A stretch of 54,447 nucleotides of DNA from Vicugna vicugna (GCA_013265495.1 MU058844.1:8555260-8609706), one strand, 5' to 3'. Shown: positions 1-13,035, counted from the stretch's first letter. Notes: generated by a model from the sequence alone, not told the origin. Translations and numbers: made by a program.

Positions 1-504
1 TAAACTTATCAAATAGTCAGGGTCAAGAAATCCAAGGAAATTCAGTGAAAGGGGGAAGATGAAGAGAGAAGACAGAAAGACAGAAAACTTGAGAGTTCTA
101 TCTATTATGTTATTCATCTCCTTCTAAAGATATTTATATTATATTGCCTATGAAATCTGAGGCTCAATCTGGATTTGCTAACATTGCTCTATATGAATAT
201 TGATACAGTATGTTTTATTATGATGAACCAAGAAACAGGTATATACACTGAGAAAAGTAGGAGGAAGTACAACTGTGTACTGACATCTGGGTAGGACTAG
301 AAAAATGCTCTGGACTTAGAAAAAGCTACAGACAGAATACAAATGACAACTTGGACATATGATGTAGCACACTGACTACCATATTATGATGAAAACCACA
401 GCTGTATTAAAAAGTGGCTACAGTGATGAAATAATTATACATGGAAAACGTTTTAAATTTTAGAAAAAAGTAATGGGATCTTTTTAAAGAACCAGCATTT
501 AGTT

Positions 505-1118
505 TCAATGATCTTTTCCTTTTTTTTTTGTCTCTATTTCATTTATTTCTGTTCTGATCTTTAAGGTTTCCTTCCTTCTACTATCTTTGGATTTTGTTTG
601 TTTTTCTTTCTCTAGTTGCTTTAGGTATAAGATTAGGTTGTTTATTTGAGATTTTTTTCTTGTTTCCTGAGGTAAGCTTGTATCACTAGAAACTTCCCTC
701 TTAGAACTGCTTTTGCTGCATCCCATGGGTTTCGGGTTGGCATGTTTTCATGTTCATTTTTCTGTAAGTATTTTTTGATTCCCTTTTTAATTTCCTTGTG
801 ATCCATTACTTGTTTAGTAGCATATTGTTTAGCCTCCATATCTTTGGGTACTTTGCAGTTTTTTCCTTGAAGTTGATTTCTAACCCCATAGTGTTGTGGT
901 TGGATACGATGCATGATATAATTTCAATTTTCTTAAATTTACTGAGGAGGACATGGGCCAGCATGTGCTCTACTCTGGGGAGTGTTTCATGTGCACTTGA
1001 AAAGAATGTGTATTCTGCTGCTTTTGAATGGAATGCTCTATAAATATCAATTAAGTCTATCTGGTCTATCTGTCATTTAAGGCCTGTGTTTCCTTACTGA
1101 ATTTCTGTCTGGCTGATC
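505..1118 (-). mobile_element. LINE-1 ORF2 internal fragment (end of the endonuclease domain plus linker), frameshifted
   Basis: The minus-strand translations contain typical L1 ORF2p motifs: WDAAKAVLRGKF..IQAYLRKQEK and QINNL..LKQLEKEKQTK.K.SRRKE..KIR.EINEIETKK. Confidence 0.95.
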
Positions 1119-1449
1119 TGAATCATATCAGTCCAAGTAAATTTCTTTTTGACAGAAATACTAGACTAATGAACAACCTCACTCTCCCTCAAATATCATT
1201 AGGTATAGTCTTTCTGAACTTTAGTAAGTCAATAGACAAGCTCTTTTATCTTATACTTGTGAGCAAGATTTTTTAAAAAAAGATGCTTTAATAGTGAATT
1301 AGAAAAATAATTGCCCTAGGAACACTATTCAAAGGGTCCAGATTAATGGAGTTGTGTAAACATGTAACAATTTTAACAGTGTATTTCAGATATTTCAAGG
1401 TCCATTTTGGCTGTCCCATGTGGAATACATTTTATCAATTAATGTATTG

Positions 1450-1462
1450 AATAATAATGATG

Positions 1463-1497
<35 letters not shown>
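1450..1497. repeat. (AAT)n microsatellite
   Basis: Run of aataataat... seen directly. Confidence 0.95.
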
Positions 1498-1498
<1 letters not shown>

Positions 1499-1519
1499 TA
1501 ATAAAAACTTAAGACTATT

Positions 1520-2725
1520 TATTTCTACCCATAGCCAACTCACTCCTTTTCCTTTTAACAAATTGACAGTTTTCTTCAGCTATAAGCAGTCTTTATAGCA
1601 GCCTTCTGTTTATGGGTAAAAACATGATCCCTAGCCCCAGAGTCATGATTTAAGACAATCACCGTGCCTCCATACTGAGACAGGAAGGAAGGGGGCAAGG
1701 CACAGCCATTCAAGGAATGACACAGCAATTAACACCAACATGGTGGAAAATTCAAATCCAGGTAGGCCTTGAGGCGCAAGATGGTGGGAGATTTGACTTC
1801 CAGTAGGCTTTGAGCTTCAATTTATGCTCATTATAGTATGTTAGCAGGCTAAATGGCACTCCCACAGGCGCCATGACAGTTTTGAGGCTGACCATACAAG
1901 GTCAAAAAGTAGGCAATGGCCCAATTCCTGGGAACCCTGCCCCTGCCCCAAAGTAGTTGGAATAATCCTCCCACTTGCTAGCATGTGAAGTTACCAAGCC
2001 AATAAAAACTAACAACCCTGCACCATGTGGCCTCTCTCCCTTCTGGGTGAGACAGATAGCACCCTTCTATGGAGTGTGTAGCTACTTTTACTTTAAACTA
2101 TACACCCATCCCCATGCCTCATGACCTCTCACATCCACTTTTACTTTAAACTAAGCACCCAACCTCTCACCTCGTGGCCTTTCTCTTGCCTTCTGAGACA
2201 GCCTGCACTCTGTCTATGGAGTACATATCTCTTTGAATAAATCCACTTTTACTCAGCTGTGGCTTGCTCATGAATTCTTTCCTGCATGAAGCCAAGGACC
2301 CACACTTGGCAGCGCATGTCCCAGGGACTCAACTGAGACCTGGGGCATAGCCATCCTCTCATCCTACATTTTCCTGCATCAGTACCACTTTGTCAATGAT
2401 TGGAAATGGTCAAGAGAGAACATTTTTGACCTGTAAGGAGAGTCGACTGGGAAAGGTTTTGAGAGACATAAAAAGGAAAATGTTTCTTAAGGTCTTTGGA
2501 CTTTGCCATGAAGAAAAAAATGGCTGAAGATGCTAATGTCATCAAGAGATCATAGAGGAAAGAAGCCAGTATGCTGAAGTATAACAGGGAAGAAAGATAT
2601 AAAGACTCTAATCACTGATAATGTCCTTGAACTACTGAATAAACTAAACTTATACATATGTGTGACCTATAGTGACTTTGAGACTGGATTTTCTGTCTCT
2701 TGCAACCCAAGGCATTTGAGCTAAT
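1520..2725 (+). mobile_element. Old MaLR LTR (MLT1J/K/L-like), split by a younger ERV LTR at 1676-2381
   Basis: Segments resemble the MLT1 consensus (gattgg...ctgggaaaggtttt...gaaagat...ttttctgtctcttgcaaccc) and continue on both sides of the insertion. Confidence 0.65.
1676..2381 (+). mobile_element. Solo ERV1-class LTR (706 bp)
   Basis: It has TG...CA ends (tgagacagg...ctgcatca), a 4-bp TSD atac/gtac, AATAAA at about 2236, and an internal duplicated block (acttttactttaaacta twice). Confidence 0.85.
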
Positions 2726-2749
2726 GAATCTTGAGTGCCAAGTGCTGCC

Positions 2750-2915
2750 CAGGATCCCATTTAATCACTTCAATAACAATATGTATCTGTATTTTATAGC
2801 AAAGAAATTGACGCTCAGAGAGGTGAAGTGATGTGCCCACATTTCACTGCTACTAAGCTGCGAAGTTGAGATATTCATTCAGGTCCCCTTGACTTTAGCA
2901 TTTGAATTCTTAGCT
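2750..2915 (-). mobile_element. MIR SINE
   Basis: Contains the MIR core attttatag...gaaattgacgctcagagaggtgaagtga..tgccc. Confidence 0.75.
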
Positions 2916-3459
2916 GTTACAATATACAATCTTTTCAGTTAAGATATAGAAAGAATAATTATAAAGTTTTTAGAGGGATAGCAAATGTGTCAAGTGGCAA
3001 ATTAAAATCCCATGAACTTTGAAAGACAGGCTGCCTTGAAGATGTGAAGATGTTTTGCCCTGAGGGCTTTTGCTGCCTAAGGCTATCATTTTTTTTTTTT
3101 CCCTAACTAGGCAATTTTGAGTTTCAAATGTGATGACCCCTTGAGGAACTGTATGTGGAGTCAAAGCTGAGGATATATATATAAAAAAAAAAAGGGTGGA
3201 GGGGGAATTAATGCTGGAATTCTGAGGCCACAAAGGACTACAACTTCAGGTTAAGTGTGAATGAGATGCTAAACCTGTCTCTACCCACTCTGAGCCCCAG
3301 GGTCTTACGAGATAAGTTTCTCTGCCACTTAGACCAGGAAAAAAGAAAAAATGCTCTTTAGAAATTATTGCCATATGTTGGATTTTGACTTGAGTTGCAG
3401 GAAAAATTTTCATCACTTTGGGAGGAAAGGCAAAAACAACAAAATAATCCTTCAGTCAT

Positions 3460-6400
3460 GAATAGTTTACCATGCAAATACTAGCCAGAAGCAAACAGGT
3501 GTAACTATGAGACAAAACGGACTTTGTGTATAAAAGGATTGCTAGAGATAAAGCCAGTCGCTTCACAGGGATAAAAACTCAATTCTCAAGGAAGATATAA
3601 AAATTATACATATATATGGATATCAAGTATCCATATATATATACATGGATATGTACAAAATATATAAAGGAATAATTTTTAGAACTACCACAATAAATAA
3701 ATGCATCTCTAGTCATGGTGGTAGATTTTAACAGACATCTCTCATTAGTTGACAGAAACAACAGACCAAAAAATAAGTATTATATCAACAAGATAATTAG
3801 CATAATGTTGACCTAGTAGACTCTGAAACTCAAGGATATACATACTTTTAAAGCATATACAAGAATATTTTAAAAATTAACTGTGTTCCCTAAATAGTTT
3901 CAAAAAATTTAAAAGGACTGAAATTATGTACAACATGTTCTCTTACCAAAGTACATTTAAATACAGAAAGCAATTTTAAAAAGCTAATATGATCTCCAAA
4001 AAATGGGAAATTAGGAAACACAATTTTATATAATTCATGGTTCGAAGAAAAAAATCATAGGTGGAAATTATGATTAGAAATTGGAGGAAATTAGAGACTA
4101 TTTCAAACTTAATCAATACTAAATAGAAAATCTAAGGGGATATAGCTAATGCAATAATTATAAAATTGGAGCCTTAAATACTTACCTTTGAAAATAAGGC
4201 TGAAAATTAATGTAAACCATATGTCTCCAAAAATTAGTAAAGTATAGAAAAGAAAACCCAAAATTATATGACAGAATATAATAAATATAAGAGCAGAGAT
4301 TAATGATCTAGAAAACAAATATACAAGACAAAGTATAAACCAAGCCAAACGTCAGCTGTTTTGAAAAGGACCAATAATTACAGTTGACAAACTTCTGGAA
4401 AGTTTGAATATGAGAAAAGGAGAAGAGGCATAAATAATCTCTATAAAGAATGCAAAAAGGAACATAAGTATAGGTGCTACAGACAGTAAACAGATAGATG
4501 GCATTATGACTAGTTTATGCCAATAAAAGTATGGAAAAATGTTCAAAATCCTAAGAAAATACAGCTTTCCCAAAGTGAGTGAAAGTAAGAGAAAATAGGA
4601 GTTATTCTATAAACATAAATGAATTGATTACCCAAAGATCTTTTGATAAAGAAAGCTTCACAGCCAGATGGCTTTTACCAGATAAACAAGAAGCAATTCC
4701 TATCTTGTGCAAACTCTAGGAGAGGCCAGAATTGGAGGAAATATTCTAGTTCACTGAGTAAGGCTCATGAAATTGTGTTACCAAATACCAATTTTTCATG
4801 AGATATTGAAAGCTTTCTTTTAAGATCTGCAACCTGGTTGCCCAGTAATACTAATTTCATTCCACATTATATGCATAAATTATGCAAAAAAAATTCAGCA
4901 AAGTTCCTAGATACAAAATTAATACCCAACAACAAATCAATATACAATGCTATATCAGCCACAAACAGAAAATATAATTTTAGAACAGAACATTTACAAT
5001 AGCAACAAAAATATGAAGTATTTAGGAATAAGTTTAACAGAAGTGTGCAAGATTGCTACAGATAAAATTATGACAGTTTGTGAAGGTCACTAGATATCCA
5101 AATAAACAGATACATTACGATCATGAATTGGAAAACAGTATTGTAAAGATGTCAGTTCTTCCCAATTTAATCTGTAGATTTGGTGCAGCTCTTACTAAGG
5201 CCTCTATAGATTTGTTGCTGTTGTTATTGTTGAATTTGAGGAGTTAATTCTAAACTTTTTATGGAAATGCAAAAAACCAAGACTTTCTTGAAGAAAGAGA
5301 ACATGATTGTTGGTGAACTTTCTCGAACAGATATTAAGACTTATAAAGCTATAAAATAAAGTGTTGCATTGGAAAAGGTTTAGATACCTAGACCAGAGGA
5401 ATAGGGCAGACAGTCCAGAAACAGATCCAGGGATATTTAACAGAGGTGGCACTGCAGTTAGAGGGAAAAATGGTCTTTTCATATTATGGTAGTGGGGTAA
5501 TTGAATATTTGTCAAGAAATGGGCAGAAATTATAACCAGTTTTTCATACAATTTTCTGCATTTGCACAAAAGTGAAATGCAGGTGACTTAAAGTTAAGAT
5601 TTTAGGATATCAATAGAAGAACATCTCTATGTACTTGATATACAGAAATATTTCTACATTAAGGCATGAAAACCTCTAACCATAAAGGAAAAGATGATTA
5701 GTTTCACTACACTAAAACTGAGAATTTCACATCAAAAAAATAGAGACAATCACTGAGTAGAATTTGCAGCATATATAAGTAATAAAATATTCATATTCAT
5801 AATTTATAGAAATTAATGAGGTAAACCAGACATTTCAATAGACAAATGAGTAAAAGGCTTGTACAGAGACTTCACACAACAGGAAATATGAGTGGTCAAT
5901 GGACAAATAAAAAGCTGATCAATTTCATTTATTATTAAAGAAATATAAATTAAAGTCATAACTAGGTATCACTCACTAGAGGACATGAAATTTAAAAAAA
6001 AATTGTGTGGCAAGAATGAGAAGTATAGGTTTTTTTGGTAAATATTTTGGGAAACAGTATGACATCTAGAAAAGTTGCAGACATGCAAAATAGTTAATCT
6101 TTTTCTAATATATTCCCTAGAGAATCTCCTGCATGTTTATCCCCAGAGATAACTGTACAAAATTTTATGCTGTCAGGTTTTAAAAATAACTCTAAATTGA
6201 GAGCAACACAAATGCTCATCAACAGGAAAATGTATTTAAAAAATTGTGGTATCCTCAGGAAAGGGGATGTCATATAGCAATGAAACTGAATATACAGTTA
6301 GATGTGATAATGAATGAATGAATCTGACAAATAAAATGATAAGCAAGAGAAGTAACTTAATAGTATGCACAAAACCTTTTGAACTAAAGTTAAAACACAC

Positions 6401-6630
6401 AAAAAAAACTAACTACATTGTTAAAAGCAAGGAATATATATATTTTTTAAAGTAAGAATATTGGTTTCTCCCATTAGGAGGGAGAACATGATAGAGGAAG
6501 GCATGATTTCAGACTTTCCAGGATGTTGCTAATGTCCTATTTTCACCTGATTAATTTAGGCATCTGTTTTATTAATATACCTTAAAATATACAAGTTTAT
6601 TTTGCATAATTTTTAGGGTATGAAATATCT
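3460..6630 (+). mobile_element. Ancient, highly degenerate L1 (L1M/L1ME-type) covering ORF2 to 3' UTR, with internal deletions
   Basis: A-rich plus strand with successive L1 ORF2 landmarks, e.g. ccagatggctttt, tttacaatagcaacaaaa, attgtaaagatgtcagttcttccc, agaaacagatcca. Confidence 0.85.
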
Positions 6631-6639
6631 CAAAGAGCT

Positions 6640-7285
6640 ATGCTCGGAAAAATAACAAACCAAGTTTGGCAGTACCTCAAAATGTTAAGTGTAGAGTTAA
6701 TATATGACCCAGAAATTCTACTCCTGGGCATATACCCAAGAGAAATGAAAACATGCTCACATACACACGTAGAAAACTTACGCACAAATATTTACAGCAG
6801 TATTATTCAAAATAGCCACAACACAGAAACAATTCAAATATTGATCAACTGATGAAAGGATAAATAAAATGTGGCATATTCATGCCATGGAATATTATTT
6901 CAGCAATAGAAAGAAATGAAGTACTGATAAATGCTATAATTTGGATGAATCTTGGAAACATTATGCTATGGAAAAGAAGTCAGTCCAAAAAAAAAAAAAG
7001 ACTAGAGATTATGTGATTCCATATATATGTAGTATCTAGAATAGGTCATCTACAGAGACAGAAAATTGATTATTGGTTGTCTGGGCTTGGAAGATTGGAA
7101 TGGAGATATGGGGAGGGAGTGACTGCTAAGGGGTACAAGGGTTCTTTGTGAGATGATTAAGGTATTCTAACATGGACTGTCGGGATGGCTGCACAACCCT
7201 ATGAATATATGTGAAAAGACTGGATTGTACACTTTAAGTGTGTGAATCCTATAGTATGTGAATCTCAATATATTTGTTAAAAATG
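6640..7285 (+). mobile_element. L1MB-type 3' end
   Basis: Contains atatgacccagaaattctactcctgggcatatacccaagagaaatgaaaaca and gagtgactgctaaggggtac...gatggctgcacaac, typical of the L1MB 3' UTR. Confidence 0.9.
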
Positions 7286-7309
7286 GCCCCCAAATTAGGA
7301 TAAACAAAT

Positions 7310-7520
7310 AGAAGGTGCAGGAAAACAGTTTTTGGCTCAAAATATGGGGGAAATGATGTAAATAAGTTACTAGCTAAAGAAATGATCTGCCTCTGTACAT
7401 TCTGAGTTTCTTCTCACTCCAGATATTTAAACCCTGATATGATACAATGTAGTACTGAAATAATTTATGTGTGATTGACATAGATGGCCTTCCAGGTTTC
7501 TTTCAACCTTAAAAGTCCTT
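7310..7520 (+). mobile_element. CR1/L3 or MIR3-like 3' end remnant
   Basis: tagatggccttccaggtttctttcaacctt resembles the CR1/MIR3 terminal motif. Confidence 0.45.
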
Positions 7521-9042
7521 GGTTATATGAGGAGGGAACTAGTTTGACTTCATAATTAATACTTTATGAACAACTCAGTTCCTTTGTAGGATGAGATAGG
7601 GCCTAAATATATGAATAAAATAGTTAGTAAAATGCAGAATGACTATATAAACTTCGCTAAATTGCATTATGAATCAATTACCTTTTTAAAAATTGAGGTA
7701 TAATTGACATATAATATATTATTTATATGTATACAACACAATGATTCGCTATTTGTATACATTGCAAAATGGTCACCACAAAAAGCCGAGTTACCATCTG
7801 TCACCATATATAGTCACAATTTTTTTTCTTGTGATGAGGACTTCTAAGATTTACTCTCTTTGTAACTTTCAAATATGCAATAAAGCATTATTAACTGTGG
7901 TCACAATGTTATACATTACATCCTAAAGACTTATTTATTTTATAACCAGAAGTGTGTATCTTTTGACCCCCTTCACTCATTTCACCCACCTTCCACCCCC
8001 CCCTTCTGGCAACCAACAATTCCTTCTCTGTATATGAGCTTAGTTTTTATTTTGTTTTGTTTTATTTGTTTGTTTTTCTTGTTTTTTAGTTTCCATGTAT
8101 AAGTGAAAACATACAGTATTTGTCTTTCTCTTTAGCTTAATAATCACAAGGTCCATCCATGTTGTTACAAATGTCATCGTTTTTAATGGCTGAATAGTAC
8201 TTCAGTGTGTGTGTGTATAAATAAAATCACATTTTCTGTATCTATTCATTCAATTATGGACCCTTGGGTTGTTTCTTTATCTTGACAACTGTAAATAATG
8301 CTGCAGTGAACACAGGGGTGCATATACCTTTTTGAATTACTGTTTTTTTCTTCTTTAGATAAATATCCAGAAGTGGAATTGCTGAATCATATGGTAATTC
8401 AATTTTTAATTTTTTGAGGAACTCCATACTGTTTTCCACAGTTGCTGCATCAGTTTACATTCTCATCAATAGTGCACAAGGGATCCTTTTTCTCTACATT
8501 CTCACCAGCACTTGTTATTGCCTGTCTTTTTGATGACTGCCATTCTGACAGCTGTGAGGTGGTACCACATTATGGCTTTAATTTACATTACCCTGATGAT
8601 TAGTGATGTTGAGCATCTTTTCATGTGCTTTTTTGTCATCTGTTTGTCTTCCTGGAGAAGTAACTATTCAAATCCTTTGCCCATTTTTAAACTGAATTGT
8701 TTAGGGATTTTTTTTGCTATTGAGTAGTGCGAGTTCTTTATGTATTTTGGATATTAACCCTTTATTAGATATATGAATTGCAAATATTTTCTTCTATTCA
8801 GTAGATTGCCTTTTAATTTTGTTGATTATTTTCTTTGCTGTGCAGCTTTTTAGTTTGATGTAGTCCCACTCATTTGTTTCACTTTTGTTGCCTTTGCTTT
8901 TGGAGTCAGAACCAAAAAAAAAAAAACCATCACCAAGACCGATGCCAAGGAGCTTAGGTGTTTCCTGAGTTTTATGGTTTCAGGTCTTGCGTTCAAGTCT
9001 TTAATCCATTTTGAGTTAATTTTTGTGTATGGTGTAAGACAG

Positions 9043-9538
9043 TGAGGTGGGAAGCCCCATAAAAAGACAGGCAGAACCCCTAGGCAGGGCCACTACTCTC
9101 CTGCCAGCACCATCCAGTTCACTGGCCCAGAGGCTCTATCTCACTTTTTGCCTCTGAAACGGCTTACTTACCCCCCAAATTCTATTGGTTCCCTGAGCTC
9201 ACTCCTGATTGGTTATTTCCTTCACTCCTGATAGGTCCACTTCCCTCACTCCTGATTGGTTATTTCTCTCCCTCCTGATTGGTCCATTTCTACAAAGTTT
9301 GTTCCTAATTAGTCAACTTTCATTATACCTCATTTGCATATGAAGTTGCAAAGTGTAAACTGGGAGCCTATAAAAGCCGGTGTAAACCTACAGATGGGGT
9401 CCAGGGCTTGGAGTGTTAACTCCTCTGGGCCCACTGGCATAATAAATCTGAGTTCTCCAACTCTCTGAGTGCTGCTTGGTTTCTTGCCTTGATCCAGGTT
9501 GCTGTCACAACTGAGCTGTAACACATTTTTCTGCAACA
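9043..9538 (+). mobile_element. Solo ERV1-class LTR (496 bp) inserted in L1
   Basis: TG...CA ends, TSD acag/atag, TATAAAA at 9369 and AATAAA at 9441. Confidence 0.9.
9184..9375 (+). promoter_or_regulatory. LTR promoter: tandem inverted CCAAT boxes, octamer and TATA box
   Basis: ATTGG at 9184, 9208, 9255 and 9278 (variant ATAGG at 9231), spaced about 23-24 bp apart. ATTTGCAT at 9332-9339 and TATAAAA at 9369-9375. Confidence 0.7.
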
Positions 9539-9974
9539 ATAGTAGTCTAATTTCATTCTTTTGCATATAGATGGCTGTCCAATTTTCCCAATATCAATTA
9601 TTGAAGAGACTGTCTTTTTCCCACTGTATATTCTTGCCTCCTTAGGCATAAATTAATTGACTATATACCTGTGGTTTTATTTCTGGGCTCTCTATTCTGT
9701 TTCATTGTCATTTGTCTTCCTAACATATAGAGACAACTCATTAATTTCAGAGGATTGTGATTTACTTCCACAAGGAGAAAAATACATCAACTGCCTTATA
9801 CTCAAATAAGGAGATATAATTCCCATGCTTCCTCTTCACCTATCTCTGTTTCCTTGGAAAAGAGGTAATTCTTAAACTTTAACAGGAAAAATGTTTAGCT
9901 TTGGGGAAAAAAATGAATGCCTCAATATGTGCTTCAATGATTCTTTTGATTTAGGAATTATTATGGAAAAAAGT

Positions 9975-10160
9975 CTTGACCTGTATCGTGATTTTATGAT
10001 CTGCAAGTCACTTAGCTCTTTAAATCTCAATTTCTTTATCAGCAAAATGGGATTATAATAATAGGGCTTACCTCACCGAGTGTTTGGAAGAATTGAATTA
10101 AATGAGGTAAACCATTTAGCACAGTACTTAACAGATGGTAAGGGTTCTATAAACATTTAT
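9975..10160 (+). mobile_element. MIR SINE
   Basis: Contains caagtcacttagctct...tctcaatttctttatcagcaaaatggg.ataata...acctcac. Confidence 0.85.
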
Positions 10161-10700
10161 TTTAAAAGCCAAAAAAACCCACATGACTTCTGTCCTCAGA
10201 ACGGGTAGCACTTAGGCAAAGTTTCAGAAATGCAATGGAGAATTAGGAAAGAACATTGCATTTAATCAAAACACTTGTGAGATTTATTTATATTTACAGT
10301 GATTTCAGCACAGTTTTTCTCCTTCCAGTTGTCCAACTTGTCCTCAGGCTAGGAGGTGTAGAGAATGGTTTGACAAACCGGGAATTCTAGGCATATATAA
10401 ACATGTCACTTCACATACACCCCTCGAGGCCAAGGATGCATCTGTTTAGTGGACTGGCGGAAGACAAAAGGGAATAATCTGTTACATATGTATCAAAACA
10501 CATTACTGTCTTTCTGTGGACATATGTGGAACCTCACAGGGCATTTTATAGATTAAAGCCTTGAAATAACTGATGGGATATGACACTTTTTCTTGATGCT
10601 TAAAATACATCCAAGATAAATCCAACAAAACAGTGAAAATTTCAGCTTCAGTGCTGATACTAAAAGTATAAAAGCATGAATAAGTCATATCTTGTCTACC

Positions 10701-10847
10701 TTAAATTTTATCTTCAGATTCTTTCAACAGTCTTTGGCTCTCGGCTGATGGGGCAGTCATAATCTGAGTTCTGAATTTATAGCTTGGGTGAGGATACAAC
10801 ATTTTGAATTCAGAAGCTAGATCAATAATGTTTCCATTGATCTTCAA
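10701..10847 (-). CDS. Candidate terminal coding exon of an unidentified gene (LKINGNIIDLASEFKMLYPHPSYKFRTQIMTAPSAESQRLLKESEDKI*)
   Basis: Non-repeat sequence with a minus-strand acceptor (catttgtttcaag), 48 open codons to TAA, and AATAAA/ATTAAA downstream at 10288-10283 and 10266-10261. I do not recognise a homolog. Confidence 0.3.
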   Translation of the reverse strand: MKINGNIIDLASEFKMLYPHPSYKFRTQIMTAPSAESQRLLKESEDKI

Positions 10848-11205
10848 CTTGAAACAAATGCTGAGTTTTAGAGATTAAGGTAGTGCTTACTTCAGTAAAT
10901 AGTTGTGATATCTAGTGATTTTTTCCATTTTATGAAATTTTTGATGCGTTCTAAAAATGCACACAGGGAACAAAATAACTTTAGAACAGCAATCTGTCTA
11001 TATCTTTCTAATATATCTTCTAATTGTTTTATTCTGGCATTGAAATATATCATATAATTTCAGAATTTGAGGAAGCCACTCGAGATTTTTAAATATCTTG
11101 AGTGACCTCTTTCTTATCATATCTTGGTGTAAAGGCATGTATCTCTTCTCATCATTAATACTGAGTTGTTCAAAAGAGGTAAATGCCTACCTATAGAATT
11201 CTTGT

Positions 11206-11356
11206 CTTTTTAAGAAATGTTTAAGTTATTCTTTTGGAGGGGAAGTAATTAGGCTTATTTACTTATTTATTTTTAGAGGAGGTACTGGGGGTTGAACGCA
11301 AGACTTTGTGTAAGCTAAGCATGCAATCCACCACTTGAGCTTTACCCTTCCCCCTC
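11206..11356 (-). mobile_element. tRNA-derived SINE of camelid type (Vic-1-like)
   Basis: The minus strand reads GGGGAAGGGTAAAGCTCAAGTGG (A box)...GCGTTCAACCCCCAGTACCTCC (B box)...AAATAAGCCTAATTACTTCCCC followed by an A-rich tail. TSD agaattcttgt (11195) / agaattcctgt (11357). Confidence 0.88.
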
Positions 11357-11799
11357 AGAATTCCTGTTCTCATCTCAATCTCTACACTCAGTACCCAAGT
11401 TCAGGATCTCAGAATTGCTCACCTGCTTCCCACCTAGTTATAAAGCTTATTTTTTGATTCTTTCTCCCATCTTTTGTATTAATATCAGTTCCCCCTAAAT
11501 CCTCTCCACTAACACATATATACCCATTATCAGAGTGTGCCTGATAAAATTCTACCAATCCTGTAAGAAAAAGATAAGAGAGAATTTCCTCATAGTTAAT
11601 TTCTCTAACTACCCAAACCAGGATTAATTTATTTTGTGTATGTGTTCCTTAGCACTAAAATACTTTCCTTAAATTTAACATGTACTTTGTGATCTTTCAC
11701 AGTTTAAAAAAATGCACGTATTGTTTCATGTTGTTAAATTGTGAGCTCTCTGAGAAATGGGGTTCTGTCTATTTTTTAAAATATAGCCCCCAAACCTAC

Positions 11800-12320
11800 T
11801 ATGATTCTGGCTCCTTGGAGATGAAATGGGGTAGAGGTAGTAGAGATGAAGAGAAGTAAATAATTTGAAACATATATAAAGGGAAAACTGTTGGAAATTT
11901 CTGATGAATTAGATGTCACAGATGAGAAGAAAGATCAAGATAAATTCTTTGTTTTTATCTTGGACAACTAGAACTACTTAGGGAGATGTGGAAGCATAAG
12001 AGATATTGTATTTGTGTGTGTGGGAATCAAAAGCTCTGTTTTGTAGATGTTAAGGGAGCAGTTGATCAGGAATGAAATGTAGATTTGGGAGTCATTCAAT
12101 TACAGTTAATGTTTAAATGCCATTGGAATGGTAGAGATAAAATAGGAAGAGAGTGTACCTATAGGAGAAAAGTTTGCCCAGAAATAATCTTAGGAATTCT
12201 TCAACGTTAAAAACGAAGAGGATGAGGAACTAAAAAAAGAGACTAAGAAAAAGGAATCAATGAAATGGGAACACAATCTGAAGAGTGTGGTATCTCAGAA
12301 ACTGGTAGATTGTACCATTG
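11800..12320 (-). mobile_element. L2 LINE fragment
   Basis: L2-typical purine-rich strand (gatgaattagatgt..., gtagatttgggagtcatt, aatcttaggaattcttcaacgtt). Confidence 0.7.
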
Positions 12321-12689
12321 TGTATTTTTTTTAAATCCTGGGCATAATTTATTTTTTGCATAGACATAAATTAGAAGCTGTAGATTTAAAAAATGAGAAC
12401 CAATAGTGCAGCACTTGTGACAGGAGAGCATAAAACCTGGTTGTCTGGGGGCAGGAGCCAGTGCTGGAGAAACACAGGGTGGCCGGGGCCTCACCTTCAT
12501 TCCAGCTCCATTGTCCCAGAACCCATTCTGGGCACACACCTGCACAGCAGCCCTTCCTGTCCCCTCCCCACAGGCCAGAAAGAACCATAGAGCTGGAACC
12601 ACTCTCTGTCTTGAAAGAGGATTACTCCTCCCTGCCTGTTGCCATATAAGTCTTAGAGAAGGACACTTTCACACTGCACTACTTTGGAC

Positions 12690-13035
12690 TCAGTCATAAG
12701 ACTTGCACTGGCAAATGGGATGTAAGCAGACATGATTTACACCATATCTGAGCAGAAAATTTAGAAGCATTGCAAGTTTTAGCCAGTCCTTTTGCTCTTG
12801 AGCCCTCTGCCAAGGAAGGGTATGTCCCAGAGAGAAGCTGCTCCTTTGACCTGCGTTCCAGAATGAGATGACACCTATAGCAGGTATGAACTGAAAGTAT
12901 AACTTGCAGCAGAGCTATGACACACAAAGCACAGAAGCTGACAGGTAACTAGAATCAGGAATAGTCATTTTATTTTCTTAAGCCAGTATAATTTTACAGT
13001 ATAACGTATATAGCATAATGCAGCCAAAACAGACT
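12690..13035 (+). mobile_element. MaLR LTR (MLT1H/I-like)
   Basis: Contains ggcaaatgggatgtaagcagacatga...ctgctcctttgacctg.gttccagaatgag and ends ...gactaataca. Confidence 0.7.

Larger units (their letters stand above)
7685..9705 (-). mobile_element. L1MA-type LINE (3' UTR plus end of ORF2), interrupted by an LTR at 9043-9538
   Basis: The minus-strand ORF MENSMEFLKKLKIELPYDSAIPLLDIY is the L1 ORF2p C-terminus. The L1 sequence resumes in register after the LTR. Confidence 0.93.

Noticed and set aside
9184..9290. Regularly spaced repeats as a CRISPR-like array
   Set aside because: They are adjacent tandem units with no unique spacers, located inside a mammalian LTR.
11280..11356. tRNA-Ala-like gene
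   Set aside because: The B box and stems are mutated, and it has a SINE body, tail and TSD. It is a SINE.
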